60,403 nucleotides of DNA from positions 1 to 60,403 of IMG/VR virus record IMGVR_UViG_3300021335_000018, one strand, 5' to 3'. The DNA is from a virus. Taxonomy: Duplodnaviria; Caudoviricetes. Of the stretch, positions 9,357-18,977 are shown piece by piece. The first letter of the stretch is position 1. Each line of letters begins with the position of its first letter. The translations under genes and the position numbers were made by a program. Below the pieces are notes generated by a model. It made no database searches. It was not told the origin of the DNA and saw only the letters and a list, made by a program, of their open reading frames with translations.

Positions 9357-10439
9357 CTATTTTTTCTTCCGACCCGACTTCATATTTGCGCACCAATGAT
9401 ACATCCTCCCACGTTCACCTGAATATTTTTTTGCCTTTTTTCTTAAACTTGTAACACTGCCTTTGCAACTAGCACCTGAACGTTTAACACGCCCTGGTCT
9501 GCTTTTGCCTTTTTTCTTACCGTCAGCAAAGTTTTCCTTATATGCTGGATCTACATCTTCACCTTCCATATACGCTATTTGATACAATAGATAGATGAAT
9601 GCATTTTCTGTTGCAGGTCCTGCTTTACCATCTACATCTACTGTATTGTATGGCATAATTTGATTTATTAACCATTGAAGGTTTTCCAGTTCTTCTCCAG
9701 AAGGTAATGTTACTCCTATAATTCCGTATTTTTTATTGTAAATAACATATTTTTCTAGTCCTGGCACTGCGTTAAGAGCTGCATCAGCTAATCGAGGCGG
9801 TATTGGTAAATCATAATTTTGACCTTTTAAAGGCCTATTTTTTTGGGTGGCATATTTACGTACAATATCATTTGATTCTTCGGCAAAGTTCTCTGTTACG
9901 GGATCTTGCATATGCTGTTTAATAGCACTTGCAGTTCTTTCAAACTTATGATCTTTATGTTTAAATCCGATACCGCCTGCTGCTTCCCACGCTTGAATAT
10001 TTTTGCCATAGTCATCTATTAGGATGTTAGGAGTTCCATCAGCTTGCGTTGCCCATTTTGTTTTGTTATGCGTAATGATAATTTCTTCAGGTGGAAAAAA
10101 ACTTAAATTCTTTTTAATCCATTCACGCTTGTGGGGTTCTGAATTAGGATCACCTGGAAGCGGCGAACTACATATATTGTATGAACCTTTGACATTTTTT
10201 ATAATTGAAAGTAAATTTTCTGCATTTTTTGTTAAAGGTAAGTCTAACCAAAAATTTTCCGTTTGTTTAATTTTCTCTAAAGCAGCCGGAATTTGGTCAA
10301 TACCGATATCTCGCCAATTTTCTTTCCCCATAAGTTTACCCCATTCGGTAAAAAAGTCTGCGAGAACACCGTCCATATCTACGTATATTTTAGATGAACT
10401 TGCAACCTCCTTTGCTTCTAATATGTGATAAACTTTCAT
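9357..10439 (-). CDS. 5'(3')-deoxyribonucleotidase-like HAD domain fused to PG-binding-like and basic Cys/His modules
   Basis: IYVDMDGVLADF, ILIDD; later VDGKAGPAT and a basic tail GASCKGS...MYHWCANMKSGRKK. Confidence 0.75.
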   Translation of the reverse strand: MKVYHILEAKEVASSSKIYVDMDGVLADFFTEWGKLMGKENWRDIGIDQIPAALEKIKQTENFWLDLPLTKNAENLLSIIKNVKGSYNICSSPLPGDPNSEPHKREWIKKNLSFFPPEEIIITHNKTKWATQADGTPNILIDDYGKNIQAWEAAGGIGFKHKDHKFERTASAIKQHMQDPVTENFAEESNDIVRKYATQKNRPLKGQNYDLPIPPRLADAALNAVPGLEKYVIYNKKYGIIGVTLPSGEELENLQWLINQIMPYNTVDVDGKAGPATENAFIYLLYQIAYMEGEDVDPAYKENFADGKKKGKSRPGRVKRSGASCKGSVTSLRKKAKKYSGERGRMYHWCANMKSGRKKK

Positions 10440-11122
10440 TTAAATATTTCAACCTTCTCAGAAAATAATTGAGGATTTTTTTCTGCCCAACGTCTTAGTA
10501 AGACGCCTGCCATTGCATTTGCTTCGTTTTCGTCGGGACTTCCGTCATTGCCGTTTAACTCGTCTTTTTCTTCTCTTTGTTTATGATGTACAAGTTCGTG
10601 TGCAAGTGTACGCATAGTATCCATTTGATGTCTGCGGTCGTAGCTCACAGTTATGCTATTATCTTCGTCATCGAAATATCCAAATGTTCTGTCAAGATTT
10701 TTTCCGGTGAGTGTTATTCTAGGAGCTGTTTTGATACCTAAAGTATCTATGACAAATTTTGCAAATTCTTTATAATTTACTTTAGTTTTATCATCTACTT
10801 TTTCATCTAATATGCCCATGTAAAAAAATAAATCTTTATATGTTTCGCTAACAGGTGTTTCATCTAAACTGTGTCCACCTTCCATAAGAGCCCATTCGTA
10901 TGCTGTGTAACGTGGTTGTTCACTTTCAGCCATTCCGAGGTTAAACAGTACGTTTGTTTTAGAGCCTTTTACTTTTTTGCTTAGTGTAGGAGGACGTCCG
11001 TCTTTGTCTACTTTGTTACCAAACTTTGCAGCTTGGGTTTTAATTTCATTAGGCCCTACATCAATAGTTTGGTTTTGTTTAGTAATCCTTCCAACACCTT
11101 CGCCAAGTTCATAAATTTTCAT
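10436..11122 (-). CDS. Zn-metallopeptidase-like protein (HEXXH)
   Basis: RTLAHELVHHKQ...ENEANA. Confidence 0.7.
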   Translation of the reverse strand: MKIYELGEGVGRITKQNQTIDVGPNEIKTQAAKFGNKVDKDGRPPTLSKKVKGSKTNVLFNLGMAESEQPRYTAYEWALMEGGHSLDETPVSETYKDLFFYMGILDEKVDDKTKVNYKEFAKFVIDTLGIKTAPRITLTGKNLDRTFGYFDDEDNSITVSYDRRHQMDTMRTLAHELVHHKQREEKDELNGNDGSPDENEANAMAGVLLRRWAEKNPQLFSEKVEIFK

Positions 11123-11337
11123 TTTTTACGTCCTCTAAATTGCGGCACTCCTGTCATGTATGGTTTACTAAACCAAAGTTTAAACCATTCAGCATCACCG
11201 GGCTTAATACCCATTTCACGTTCTTTTTTCCTCAGTGCTGTTGCAGTCTCGGAAGGATTTTCTTCTATTTTGTATTCACTATAGCCAGTGAACTTATTCC
11301 TTATACCTGCTAGATGTTGAAGATCTGCAATATCCAT
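11119..11337 (-). CDS. Small hypothetical phage protein
   Basis: ADLQHLAGI; GIKPGDAEWFKLWF. Confidence 0.7.
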   Translation of the reverse strand: MDIADLQHLAGIRNKFTGYSEYKIEENPSETATALRKKEREMGIKPGDAEWFKLWFSKPYMTGVPQFRGRKK

Positions 11338-14300
11338 TAGACACCTGCTAAAACCTTAATTCTATCTAATTGTATATTATCTCGCAAATCGTTTTTACGG
11401 TTAGGATCATATTGCTCGCCGTCCCATTTTCCGTCTTTAGTATTATATCTTATGTTACCGTCTTTATCTATTTGACCACCTGGATGTACCATTTCCTTTG
11501 ACTTAGCAATCTTCCCATCCATACCTCTATATGAATCATATTCTTTTCTAAGAGCTTGGTATTCTGGGGTATCCATTGCACCGAATGTATCGCCGTCTGG
11601 ATTATCTTTTTCCCATTGCTTTGCAAAGTCACGCATCTTCTTACGTACTTCTTTTTTCTCTGCACGTAACTTATTAGTCTCGTCTGTTGCTCGCATAACT
11701 TTTGAGAATCTAGTAGTGCTACCGCCACCTGAAGTTTTCTTAGTCGTCGATGTGTTACCTGTACGTGTTACGGTGCTTGTGTTGCTAGATGTTCTAGTTG
11801 TGTTACCGTCTTTAGAAGATGAAGATGTTGATGTAGTTGTCGTACCATCCTTGTCATCACCATCTAAAGCTCTATCAAAACTACCGTCACCGTCTAATGC
11901 TCTGTCAAAATCGTCTTTTCCATCTGCATCACGCTTTGTCATTGTAGCTTTGTCAAACTTGGCTTGCATTGCATCTGCTTCGTCTTTATCTATTTCAACT
12001 TCTTTGCCTGTTTCAGGATCTGTCTTGTAATATTTTCTAACACTTTTACGCTGACTTACTGTATCCCCGCCTCTTGACGGTCTTTGTCTTTTTTCTGGTT
12101 TACCTGGAATGTTTTGTATACCAGCATCTTGTAGAGCCTTAAGTGTTTTAGGTCTGTTGATAAAAGTTGCAAAATATCTACTATCTCTAACAGCATCGAT
12201 TAGTGCTTGTAATTCTTGCTTCTCTGCATCACTTAATGCTTCAGTTAATAATCTTGCTAATGGACTGTTAAAACTTATACCTTCAGATGTTCCTCTTGCT
12301 TTACGTAGTAGTGCATTTAATCTTTTAGCAACATCATTTCTTGACATTTCCTTGCCGTTAACTGTGTAGGTTTCTTTACCTGGTTTTGGTGCTGGTTTAT
12401 CGCCAGGCTTGTCTGGAGCATTTAAATCATCATCTGTAACATCACTTGCTGCATCAAATCCTTCTGGATCATCGTTAGGCGGTGTTTGATCTTGTTGTGC
12501 ATTATCTTGTGCATCTGCATCGTTTTGTGCAGTTTTATCGGTTTGCTGTTGATCTGTTTGCTGTGTATCGTCTTTTTCTTGATCACCTTGTTGTTGATCT
12601 GTTTGCTGTGCATCATCTTTTTCTTGATCTGTTTGTTTTTGATCATCTTGTGGTGCTTGTGTATCTTGAGCAGGTGCCGCAGGTGCTGCTTTACCGCCAC
12701 TTAATTTCAATCCTTTGCCTCTACTGTCAGTATCGATAAATGCTTGTAAATTCTTAGTAGGACCATAAGCACGAGTAACAGTACCATCATCATTTGGAAT
12801 GTCTAAATAAGGCTCTGGATACTTTGCCTTCATTTTCTGCACATTAAAGTTTGCTAGACCAGGACCTTGATCATTCATTTGCATATACTTTTCTGCACTT
12901 ACTTTAGGTTGTGCTGCTGGTTCTGGTGTAGCGTTGTCTTTGCTGTCTGCATCTAATTCTGCATCTGTCTGCGGTGCTGCATTTCCATCTGTTGGTACAG
13001 GTGTTGTTGAGTTAGGATCTTCTTGTGACGCCTTTTGTGCGTTAGGGTCAGGAGCTTGTTTCTGTCCTGCTTGTTGCGTTGCTTGGTCTGATGTTTGCGG
13101 TTGCGCTGGCGCAGTTTGCGCTTGTCCTGCACCTGCATCTTTTTCAGCATCAGTAGGCCCATCAGCTGTAGGGGCAGTGGCATCTCCGCCTTGTGCGGCA
13201 CTTGCAGTAGCATCTGCTGCACCGTCTACACCTGCTTTTGCATTAGGGTCTGCTGCTGGTGCTGCTCCACCGCCTGACTGTGCTTGCTTAACTGCACCCA
13301 TTGTTTCAGGACCAACTTTACCATCAACAGCAATTCCTGCTTTAGTTTGGAAGTCTTTAATCGCTGTTTGAAGTGTAGTAACTGTTTGTGCTTGTGCAGG
13401 ATCTTTTATCAATTCAGCTGCTTTTGCTCGAGTATTAGGACCAACAATACCATCAGCCTTTAATCCTGCTGCTGTTTGAAAGGCTTTGATAGCGGCAATC
13501 AAAGCATCTGCATCTGCTGCCGCTGCTGCTTCGTTAAGAGATTCGGTGGTTTTAGGCTTACCGTGTTTGTTGTGTTGTGCCCAAGCAATAGCATAAGGTG
13601 CACCAGGATCGTCAAATTTCTTTTTGAGTTTTTTGACTTGCTTTTCTCTACCCGGAGGTGCATCTTCGCCTACAGGTGCTTCTGGATCGCCTAATGCACG
13701 GTTTAGGAGTTCTACTGCTGTTTGTGCATTACCTGGATACATAAGTTCTGCAGCTTGCATTTTATCTTCATCATTCATTTCAGGCCATGTAGCTCTCAGT
13801 TCGCTTGCACTTTTAATACTCATACCTGCAAAGTCAAAATCAATTGTAGGACCATATGCTAGATAACCGTGTGTATCGGCTGTTTCTAGTTCTTGATCAT
13901 CTTTATAGGAAATAAGATATCCCATATTTCCGTCACTTTTGCGAATTTGGTCCGGCAGTGGATGGCTTGTTTTATCTTTTTCACTACGAATAAACACTAA
14001 TGTTGTGTTACTAGGATCACCTATTATACCTTTATAAGCTAAGGCATTAAATGGCGACTTTACTTGAATAAATCTTTGTGCAGGTACTCCTGCCATACCT
14101 GCAAGTTTTTGCTTTACGTCAAAGGGAAAAGGTCTTGCTTTTGTATCGTTTGTGGCTGCTACATAAACATTCTGTTTCCCGAATGTTTCTATTGCCCAGT
14201 CATACAAACTTTTATGTCCTGGATGAAAGGGATGGAATCCTCCAGGCATAACAGCTATAATTTTTTTGGATGGTGCTTCGAATAATTGACGGAGTTTCAC
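11337..14300 (-). CDS. Multidomain protein: HxGH nucleotidyltransferase-like domain, tandem PG-binding repeats, Q/D/A/T-rich linker
   Basis: MPGGFHPFHPGH, SASELR; IKAFQ...ADGIVGPNT and IKDFQ...VDGKVGPET; QQTD repeats. Confidence 0.75.
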   Translation of the reverse strand: MKLRQLFEAPSKKIIAVMPGGFHPFHPGHKSLYDWAIETFGKQNVYVAATNDTKARPFPFDVKQKLAGMAGVPAQRFIQVKSPFNALAYKGIIGDPSNTTLVFIRSEKDKTSHPLPDQIRKSDGNMGYLISYKDDQELETADTHGYLAYGPTIDFDFAGMSIKSASELRATWPEMNDEDKMQAAELMYPGNAQTAVELLNRALGDPEAPVGEDAPPGREKQVKKLKKKFDDPGAPYAIAWAQHNKHGKPKTTESLNEAAAAADADALIAAIKAFQTAAGLKADGIVGPNTRAKAAELIKDPAQAQTVTTLQTAIKDFQTKAGIAVDGKVGPETMGAVKQAQSGGGAAPAADPNAKAGVDGAADATASAAQGGDATAPTADGPTDAEKDAGAGQAQTAPAQPQTSDQATQQAGQKQAPDPNAQKASQEDPNSTTPVPTDGNAAPQTDAELDADSKDNATPEPAAQPKVSAEKYMQMNDQGPGLANFNVQKMKAKYPEPYLDIPNDDGTVTRAYGPTKNLQAFIDTDSRGKGLKLSGGKAAPAAPAQDTQAPQDDQKQTDQEKDDAQQTDQQQGDQEKDDTQQTDQQQTDKTAQNDADAQDNAQQDQTPPNDDPEGFDAASDVTDDDLNAPDKPGDKPAPKPGKETYTVNGKEMSRNDVAKRLNALLRKARGTSEGISFNSPLARLLTEALSDAEKQELQALIDAVRDSRYFATFINRPKTLKALQDAGIQNIPGKPEKRQRPSRGGDTVSQRKSVRKYYKTDPETGKEVEIDKDEADAMQAKFDKATMTKRDADGKDDFDRALDGDGSFDRALDGDDKDGTTTTSTSSSSKDGNTTRTSSNTSTVTRTGNTSTTKKTSGGGSTTRFSKVMRATDETNKLRAEKKEVRKKMRDFAKQWEKDNPDGDTFGAMDTPEYQALRKEYDSYRGMDGKIAKSKEMVHPGGQIDKDGNIRYNTKDGKWDGEQYDPNRKNDLRDNIQLDRIKVLAGV

Positions 14301-14632
14301 ATGTATTCCCCTTTTTCTATCTCAGCTAATTCTTCAGTATAAATCTGGTTAAGTAAAGTCATTCTATCGTCATTATTAAAAACATCGTCAACAGCTCTAG
14401 CAACCTTAAATTTTTTCACATAAGAATTGCAGCCTCTTTCTATCATAGGCATTAAACATTCATTAGCGTCTACTTTTTTACCTGCTCTATATAAATCTGC
14501 TACTTTAGAAATCGCCGGAAAAAAATGCTTTCTGTAAAACATAGGATCGTTTTTCATAAATGACATACAATCTTCAACAACATTGTAAGGTAAATTTTTA
14601 TCATTTAATTGAGTAAATTCTTGTATTTTCAT
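14297..14632 (-). CDS. Hypothetical phage protein
   Basis: ORF track, operonic overlap. Confidence 0.7.
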   Translation of the reverse strand: MKIQEFTQLNDKNLPYNVVEDCMSFMKNDPMFYRKHFFPAISKVADLYRAGKKVDANECLMPMIERGCNSYVKKFKVARAVDDVFNNDDRMTLLNQIYTEELAEIEKGEYM

Positions 14633-14866
14633 TTAACCTCTTCCCATTATAACATTTAGTGCTTTGTCTATATCAGATTTAACATAACGTTTTGGAAACT
14701 GTTTGTCTACATTTCTGTATATCCATTGTGTTCCTCTTCTACGAAGATTGTCGCTGATCCATTTATAAAGTTCTTCATCTGGATTGTTAGACATTATTTT
14801 GCTAAAACCGCCTTTTATAGTGTCCCACCAACCTTCTTCTTCGTTTAAGAGTTCTTTTATAAGCAT
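14633..14866 (-). CDS. Hypothetical protein
   Basis: N-terminus MLIKELLNEE. Confidence 0.65.
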   Translation of the reverse strand: MLIKELLNEEEGWWDTIKGGFSKIMSNNPDEELYKWISDNLRRRGTQWIYRNVDKQFPKRYVKSDIDKALNVIMGRG

Positions 14867-14868
14867 AA

Positions 14869-15066
14869 CTATTTTCCCGATAGAGACCTTATTCTGTCTA
14901 TTTCTGTTTGCACATTTGGCGCACTAATTGATTGTTGTAAACTATCTAATACTGCCTGTGCTTTTTTATACTTCTCATAGGCTGCGGTCATTTCAGAAAG
15001 AGCAGCGTTAACATTATTAATTGCTCTTTTCATTTTGTCTTTTTCTTGTCTAACTACAATTGGCAT
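14869..15066 (-). CDS. Small coiled-coil protein
   Basis: RBS AGGAG; ends IDRIRSLSGK. Confidence 0.65.
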   Translation of the reverse strand: MPIVVRQEKDKMKRAINNVNAALSEMTAAYEKYKKAQAVLDSLQQSISAPNVQTEIDRIRSLSGK

Positions 15067-15075
15067 AAATCTCTC

Positions 15076-15639
15076 CTACCATTTCCTACATGACCAATAA
15101 CGTGCCTTGTGTCTCGGTCCTGGATTATCACAGTTGTGTCTAGCACGGAAACTTCTACGTCTTGCTGGATTAGATTTTTTAATACGCATTTTCTTATCAC
15201 CGAAGTTAACCTTAACTATGTTACCCTTAGGATTGCGAACATATACTTTAAATTTTTTCACATCGCCGCGCATTGGCTTTCCTAATTTAACTTTACGTCC
15301 ACGATATTCCGCTTCGTCGATTTCGTCATCGTCATTGTACCACATAACACCATATTCTTCAAAGAAGTCGTTGCCGTCATATGTTTCTTCTGTTACTTCT
15401 GCTAATTCTTCGTCACTGCTTATTTCGATATCAAAGTCTTCGTAGCCTTCTGCAAAGAAATAGTTTGCAACTTTTTCAGCAAGTCTAGTTGCTTGCTCTT
15501 CATCTAATGATTTGCTTAAAGGGATTTGGAAAACTGTTGCACCTTGTGCAGATTCAAAAATTTCATATGATGGAAATGCATCTTCATTTAAACTTACGCT
15601 GTCTTGTTTTTCCATTACTACTCTTAAAAAATGTTCCAT
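15076..15639 (-). CDS. Hypothetical protein, acidic N-half and basic C-terminal module
   Basis: EAEYRGRKVKL...KVNFGD...RRRSFRARHNC...ARYWSCRKW. Confidence 0.75.
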   Translation of the reverse strand: MEHFLRVVMEKQDSVSLNEDAFPSYEIFESAQGATVFQIPLSKSLDEEQATRLAEKVANYFFAEGYEDFDIEISSDEELAEVTEETYDGNDFFEEYGVMWYNDDDEIDEAEYRGRKVKLGKPMRGDVKKFKVYVRNPKGNIVKVNFGDKKMRIKKSNPARRRSFRARHNCDNPGPRHKARYWSCRKW

Positions 15640-15648
15640 AATAGTCCC

Positions 15649-16011
15649 TTAATGATTTAATGTAATCTTTTCTACAGTGCCGTCTGTCCACGACGAAACA
15701 TATGCTCTAACCCACACATAATTTCCTGTAAAATTGTATATAAATGATCCAGTAGCATAATCACTACTATCATCTGCGCTGGTTAAGTTAACGCTAGAAA
15801 GTGTAAACCAATCATCACTTGTTGGATTGACAGCTAGTGTTGCTTGCATGTCAATAGAACCAATAAAGCCGTTTACTGTATATTGAACAGTGTGGATACC
15901 GTCACTACGTCCGTAGTATCCGTCGCCCTTATACTTGTCTCCAGTAACAGTTTCTGTTGTGCTGTCACCTGGGTGTGTATTTTGTGATAATATAGTTTCG
16001 CTCTGTGCCAT
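15649..16011 (-). CDS. Probable virion beta-sandwich protein
   Basis: KGDGYYG..DG.HTVQY...YNFTGNYVWVRA; ATG 5 nt after a TAAATA box. Confidence 0.65.
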   Translation of the reverse strand: MAQSETILSQNTHPGDSTTETVTGDKYKGDGYYGRSDGIHTVQYTVNGFIGSIDMQATLAVNPTSDDWFTLSSVNLTSADDSSDYATGSFIYNFTGNYVWVRAYVSSWTDGTVEKITLNH

Positions 16012-16015
16012 ATAA

Positions 16016-16687
16016 CTATTTATCAATATCTGCTTTGACGACTAATTTGTCGACGCGGCGTATATTAGATAACATTAAACCACATAACTGTAGTATTTTC
16101 TCGTCTTTGGCATAAAAGTACATATCGGATACATAACTATTATTAGTCAAACCTTCCATCAAAATAGGTCCTACTTTAACTTGTTTTGGATTATTTTTTG
16201 CCCATTTTGCAAATCCAAACGTATCGCATAATCCGGGACCTAAAGTAACTTTATATCTGTATCCGTTATCTTTGTCCACAATAATATGATTAGGAGTTAA
16301 TAAATCAATGTTTTTAGGATTTGGCTCCCAAAATTCTAGAAGGCTATTTTTATTAATTGCACTTTTTAAAGTGTGCAACCATTCTCTATTATTAGAATAC
16401 ACACTAACATTAGGGCCTTGTATCCGTAATGTATAATCGTCAATTCTACTAATAAATTTATATAGCTTTCGGGCGTCTAAAAATGCTTGCTCTGATACAG
16501 TTTGTTGTCTTAGCCAGAAAGTAAGGCATAAATTTTCACCGTTATCATATTGAGTTTGAAGAGTGTCAAGAACCTCTCTTGCATATGAAAGATTCTTGTC
16601 TCTAAAAATTCTAGCAATGCTGCAATTAAAACAAAGTTTATATAGATATTTTCCGTAAAATAGTTTACTGGTTTCGAACTTCTGCAA
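16016..16687 (-). CDS. Hypothetical protein
   Basis: ORF track; KLFYGKYLYK N-terminus. Confidence 0.7.
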   Translation of the reverse strand: MQKFETSKLFYGKYLYKLCFNCSIARIFRDKNLSYAREVLDTLQTQYDNGENLCLTFWLRQQTVSEQAFLDARKLYKFISRIDDYTLRIQGPNVSVYSNNREWLHTLKSAINKNSLLEFWEPNPKNIDLLTPNHIIVDKDNGYRYKVTLGPGLCDTFGFAKWAKNNPKQVKVGPILMEGLTNNSYVSDMYFYAKDEKILQLCGLMLSNIRRVDKLVVKADIDK

Positions 16688-18914
16688 CTTTAGTCTCCAA
16701 ATATTCTAAAACGAGCTCATCGTTAACAATATTTATGGAGACAACACCGCCTGATTTTAATTTTCCGAAAAGTAATTCTCTAGATAACGGACGTTTAATT
16801 TTTTCGTCAATGACACGTTGTAATGGTCTAGCACCCATTTTTTTATTAAATCCTTTATCAACTAGGAAGTCTAATGCTTCATCAGAAACTTTGATATCTA
16901 CACCCTTATTCTTAACCATGTTTTTAAGTTCTAGCAAGAACTTACCAACAATTTTAAGCATAACTTCTTTACCCAACTTAGCAAAAGTAATAACACCATC
17001 TAACCTATTACGAAATTCTGGTTTGAAGAATTTTTTCAACTCACCGTCTTCGTAGTCTTTTTCCATGTCATCACCAAAACCTATAGTATTTTTTTCTGCT
17101 TCTTGTGCGCCTAAATTTGTTGTTAAAATTAAAATACAGTTACGTGCATCTGCTTCTTTTCCGTTGCTACCAGTTACCTTACCGTTATCCATCACTTGCA
17201 ATAAAATTTGCGAAACATCTGGGTGTGCCTTTTCAATTTCGTCTAGTAATAATACACAGTTTGGATTCTCTTGTAATTTCTCAATAAGAAGTCCACTAGT
17301 TTCTTCATGTCCAACATAGCCCGGTGGTGTCCCAATAAGTTTAGCTACACTATGCTTTTCTTGATATTCACTCATGTCAAAGCGAACAAGTTCTACGCCT
17401 AATGCCGAACTGAGCTGTTTTGCTGTTTCAGTCTTACCTGTACCTGTCGGACCCATAAAAACAAAACTACCAATAGGCTTATCCTCTGGTTTCAAACCTG
17501 CTTGTGCAACAAGTATTTTATCTACAATGTTTTCAATTGCTTCGTCTTGTCCGAAAACATTGCCCTTCATATTTTTTTCTAAATTAGCAAGGTTTTCACT
17601 TTCTTTTTCTGCTACTTGTTCTGCAGGCACTTTAATCATTTTAGATAGCTCGTATTGAATACTAGCTACTGTGACTTTTTTATCTTCTTTCTGATTTTTC
17701 ACTTTAAATCTAGAACATGCCACATCTATCAAATCGATTGCTTTATCTGGCAATTTTTTATCTGTCTGATATTTAACACTAAGTTTTACTGCTTCGTCAA
17801 TGGCTTCATCAGTAATTTCAGTTTTATGATAGTCTTCGTAATACTTTTTTATACCACGCAAAATTTCTTTTGTAACTTCTGGAGTAGGTTCGTCTATAGT
17901 TACTCTTTGGAATCGACGCATTAAGGCACGATCTTTTTCAAAATACTTTCTAAATTCATCCCAAGTGGTTGATGCAACTACTTTAAGATTTCCTTTAGTT
18001 AATGCAGGCTTGAGCATATTAGCAAGGTCATTAGAATTTCCTCCACCTGCTGCTCCTGCTCCGTTCATCATGTGAGCTTCGTCAATGAACATAATAGTTT
18101 TGCCTTTGCTTTTAAGACCTGCTAAAACTAGTTTAAACCGTTCTTCAAAGTCACCACGATATTTAGAGCCCGCAAGCATACCGCCTATATCTAAATTGTA
18201 GACTTCGTATTCTTTTAAAAAGTCAGGAACATCGTTGTTAACAATCTTAAATGCAAGGCCTTCTGCAATAGCAGTTTTACCTACCCCCGGCTCACCTACC
18301 ATAAGTACATTGTTTTTTGACCTACGCCCTAGTGCAAGAGATAGACTTTCTAACTCTTCTGAACGTCCGATAATAGGATCTATTCGACCTTTGGTTACTT
18401 CTTTGTTTAAGTTTACTGTGAAAGCATTTAGAGCTTTTTGTGCTGCTCCTGATATTTCCTCATCAATAACTTCACCTGCGACTTCAGTTTCTATATACTC
18501 TGCAAACCTATCTTTAACAATACCTTCTTTTTCTAAATAATAATTTGCATGGGTTTTCTTCTCAGATAAAATACTCATAAGCACATCGCTTAATTGTATT
18601 TCAGACCTGCCTGCAAACAAAACCTGCGTAAATGCTCTATTCAGCACACGTTCAACAGTTTTTGTTTTTTTAGGCTTATATTTTGTTTTAGGCTCTAACG
18701 CAATATCTTTTAGATCATTTTTAAGATAATGTTCAAGATTGTTTTTAATATAATCTACATTTGCGTCAAACCCTGACATTAGATTATAAAAATTTTCAGA
18801 ACAAAGCATTGCAAACAATAAATGTTCTAAAGTCACATATTCGTGATTAAGTTTTTTTGCATCTTTAATTGCTTTGTCAAAAACTAATTGTAGCTCTTCA
18901 GATGGTTCTACCAT
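16665..18914 (-). CDS. clpA: ATP-dependent Clp protease ATPase ClpA
   Basis: Clp N-domain HEYVTLEHLL; Walker A GEPGVGKT and GPTGTGKT; Walker B FIDEAH and LLDEIEK; IGF loop; GARPL; no ClpB-type middle domain. Confidence 0.93.
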   Translation of the reverse strand: MVEPSEELQLVFDKAIKDAKKLNHEYVTLEHLLFAMLCSENFYNLMSGFDANVDYIKNNLEHYLKNDLKDIALEPKTKYKPKKTKTVERVLNRAFTQVLFAGRSEIQLSDVLMSILSEKKTHANYYLEKEGIVKDRFAEYIETEVAGEVIDEEISGAAQKALNAFTVNLNKEVTKGRIDPIIGRSEELESLSLALGRRSKNNVLMVGEPGVGKTAIAEGLAFKIVNNDVPDFLKEYEVYNLDIGGMLAGSKYRGDFEERFKLVLAGLKSKGKTIMFIDEAHMMNGAGAAGGGNSNDLANMLKPALTKGNLKVVASTTWDEFRKYFEKDRALMRRFQRVTIDEPTPEVTKEILRGIKKYYEDYHKTEITDEAIDEAVKLSVKYQTDKKLPDKAIDLIDVACSRFKVKNQKEDKKVTVASIQYELSKMIKVPAEQVAEKESENLANLEKNMKGNVFGQDEAIENIVDKILVAQAGLKPEDKPIGSFVFMGPTGTGKTETAKQLSSALGVELVRFDMSEYQEKHSVAKLIGTPPGYVGHEETSGLLIEKLQENPNCVLLLDEIEKAHPDVSQILLQVMDNGKVTGSNGKEADARNCILILTTNLGAQEAEKNTIGFGDDMEKDYEDGELKKFFKPEFRNRLDGVITFAKLGKEVMLKIVGKFLLELKNMVKNKGVDIKVSDEALDFLVDKGFNKKMGARPLQRVIDEKIKRPLSRELLFGKLKSGGVVSINIVNDELVLEYLETKVAEVRNQ

Positions 18915-18940
18915 TCGATATCCTCTTATTTTGTCTAACT

Positions 18941-18969
18941 ATTATACAACTATTTAAATTTAAAGTCAA
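18941..18969 (-). promoter_or_regulatory. Sigma70-type promoter for clpA
   Basis: TTGACT-17-TATAAT. Confidence 0.8.
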
Positions 18970-18977
18970 CAACTTAT

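Noticed and set aside
9184-9396. 70-aa ORF between head-cargo genes
   Set aside because: May be real, but start and overlap are ambiguous and no motif supports a call; left unannotated.
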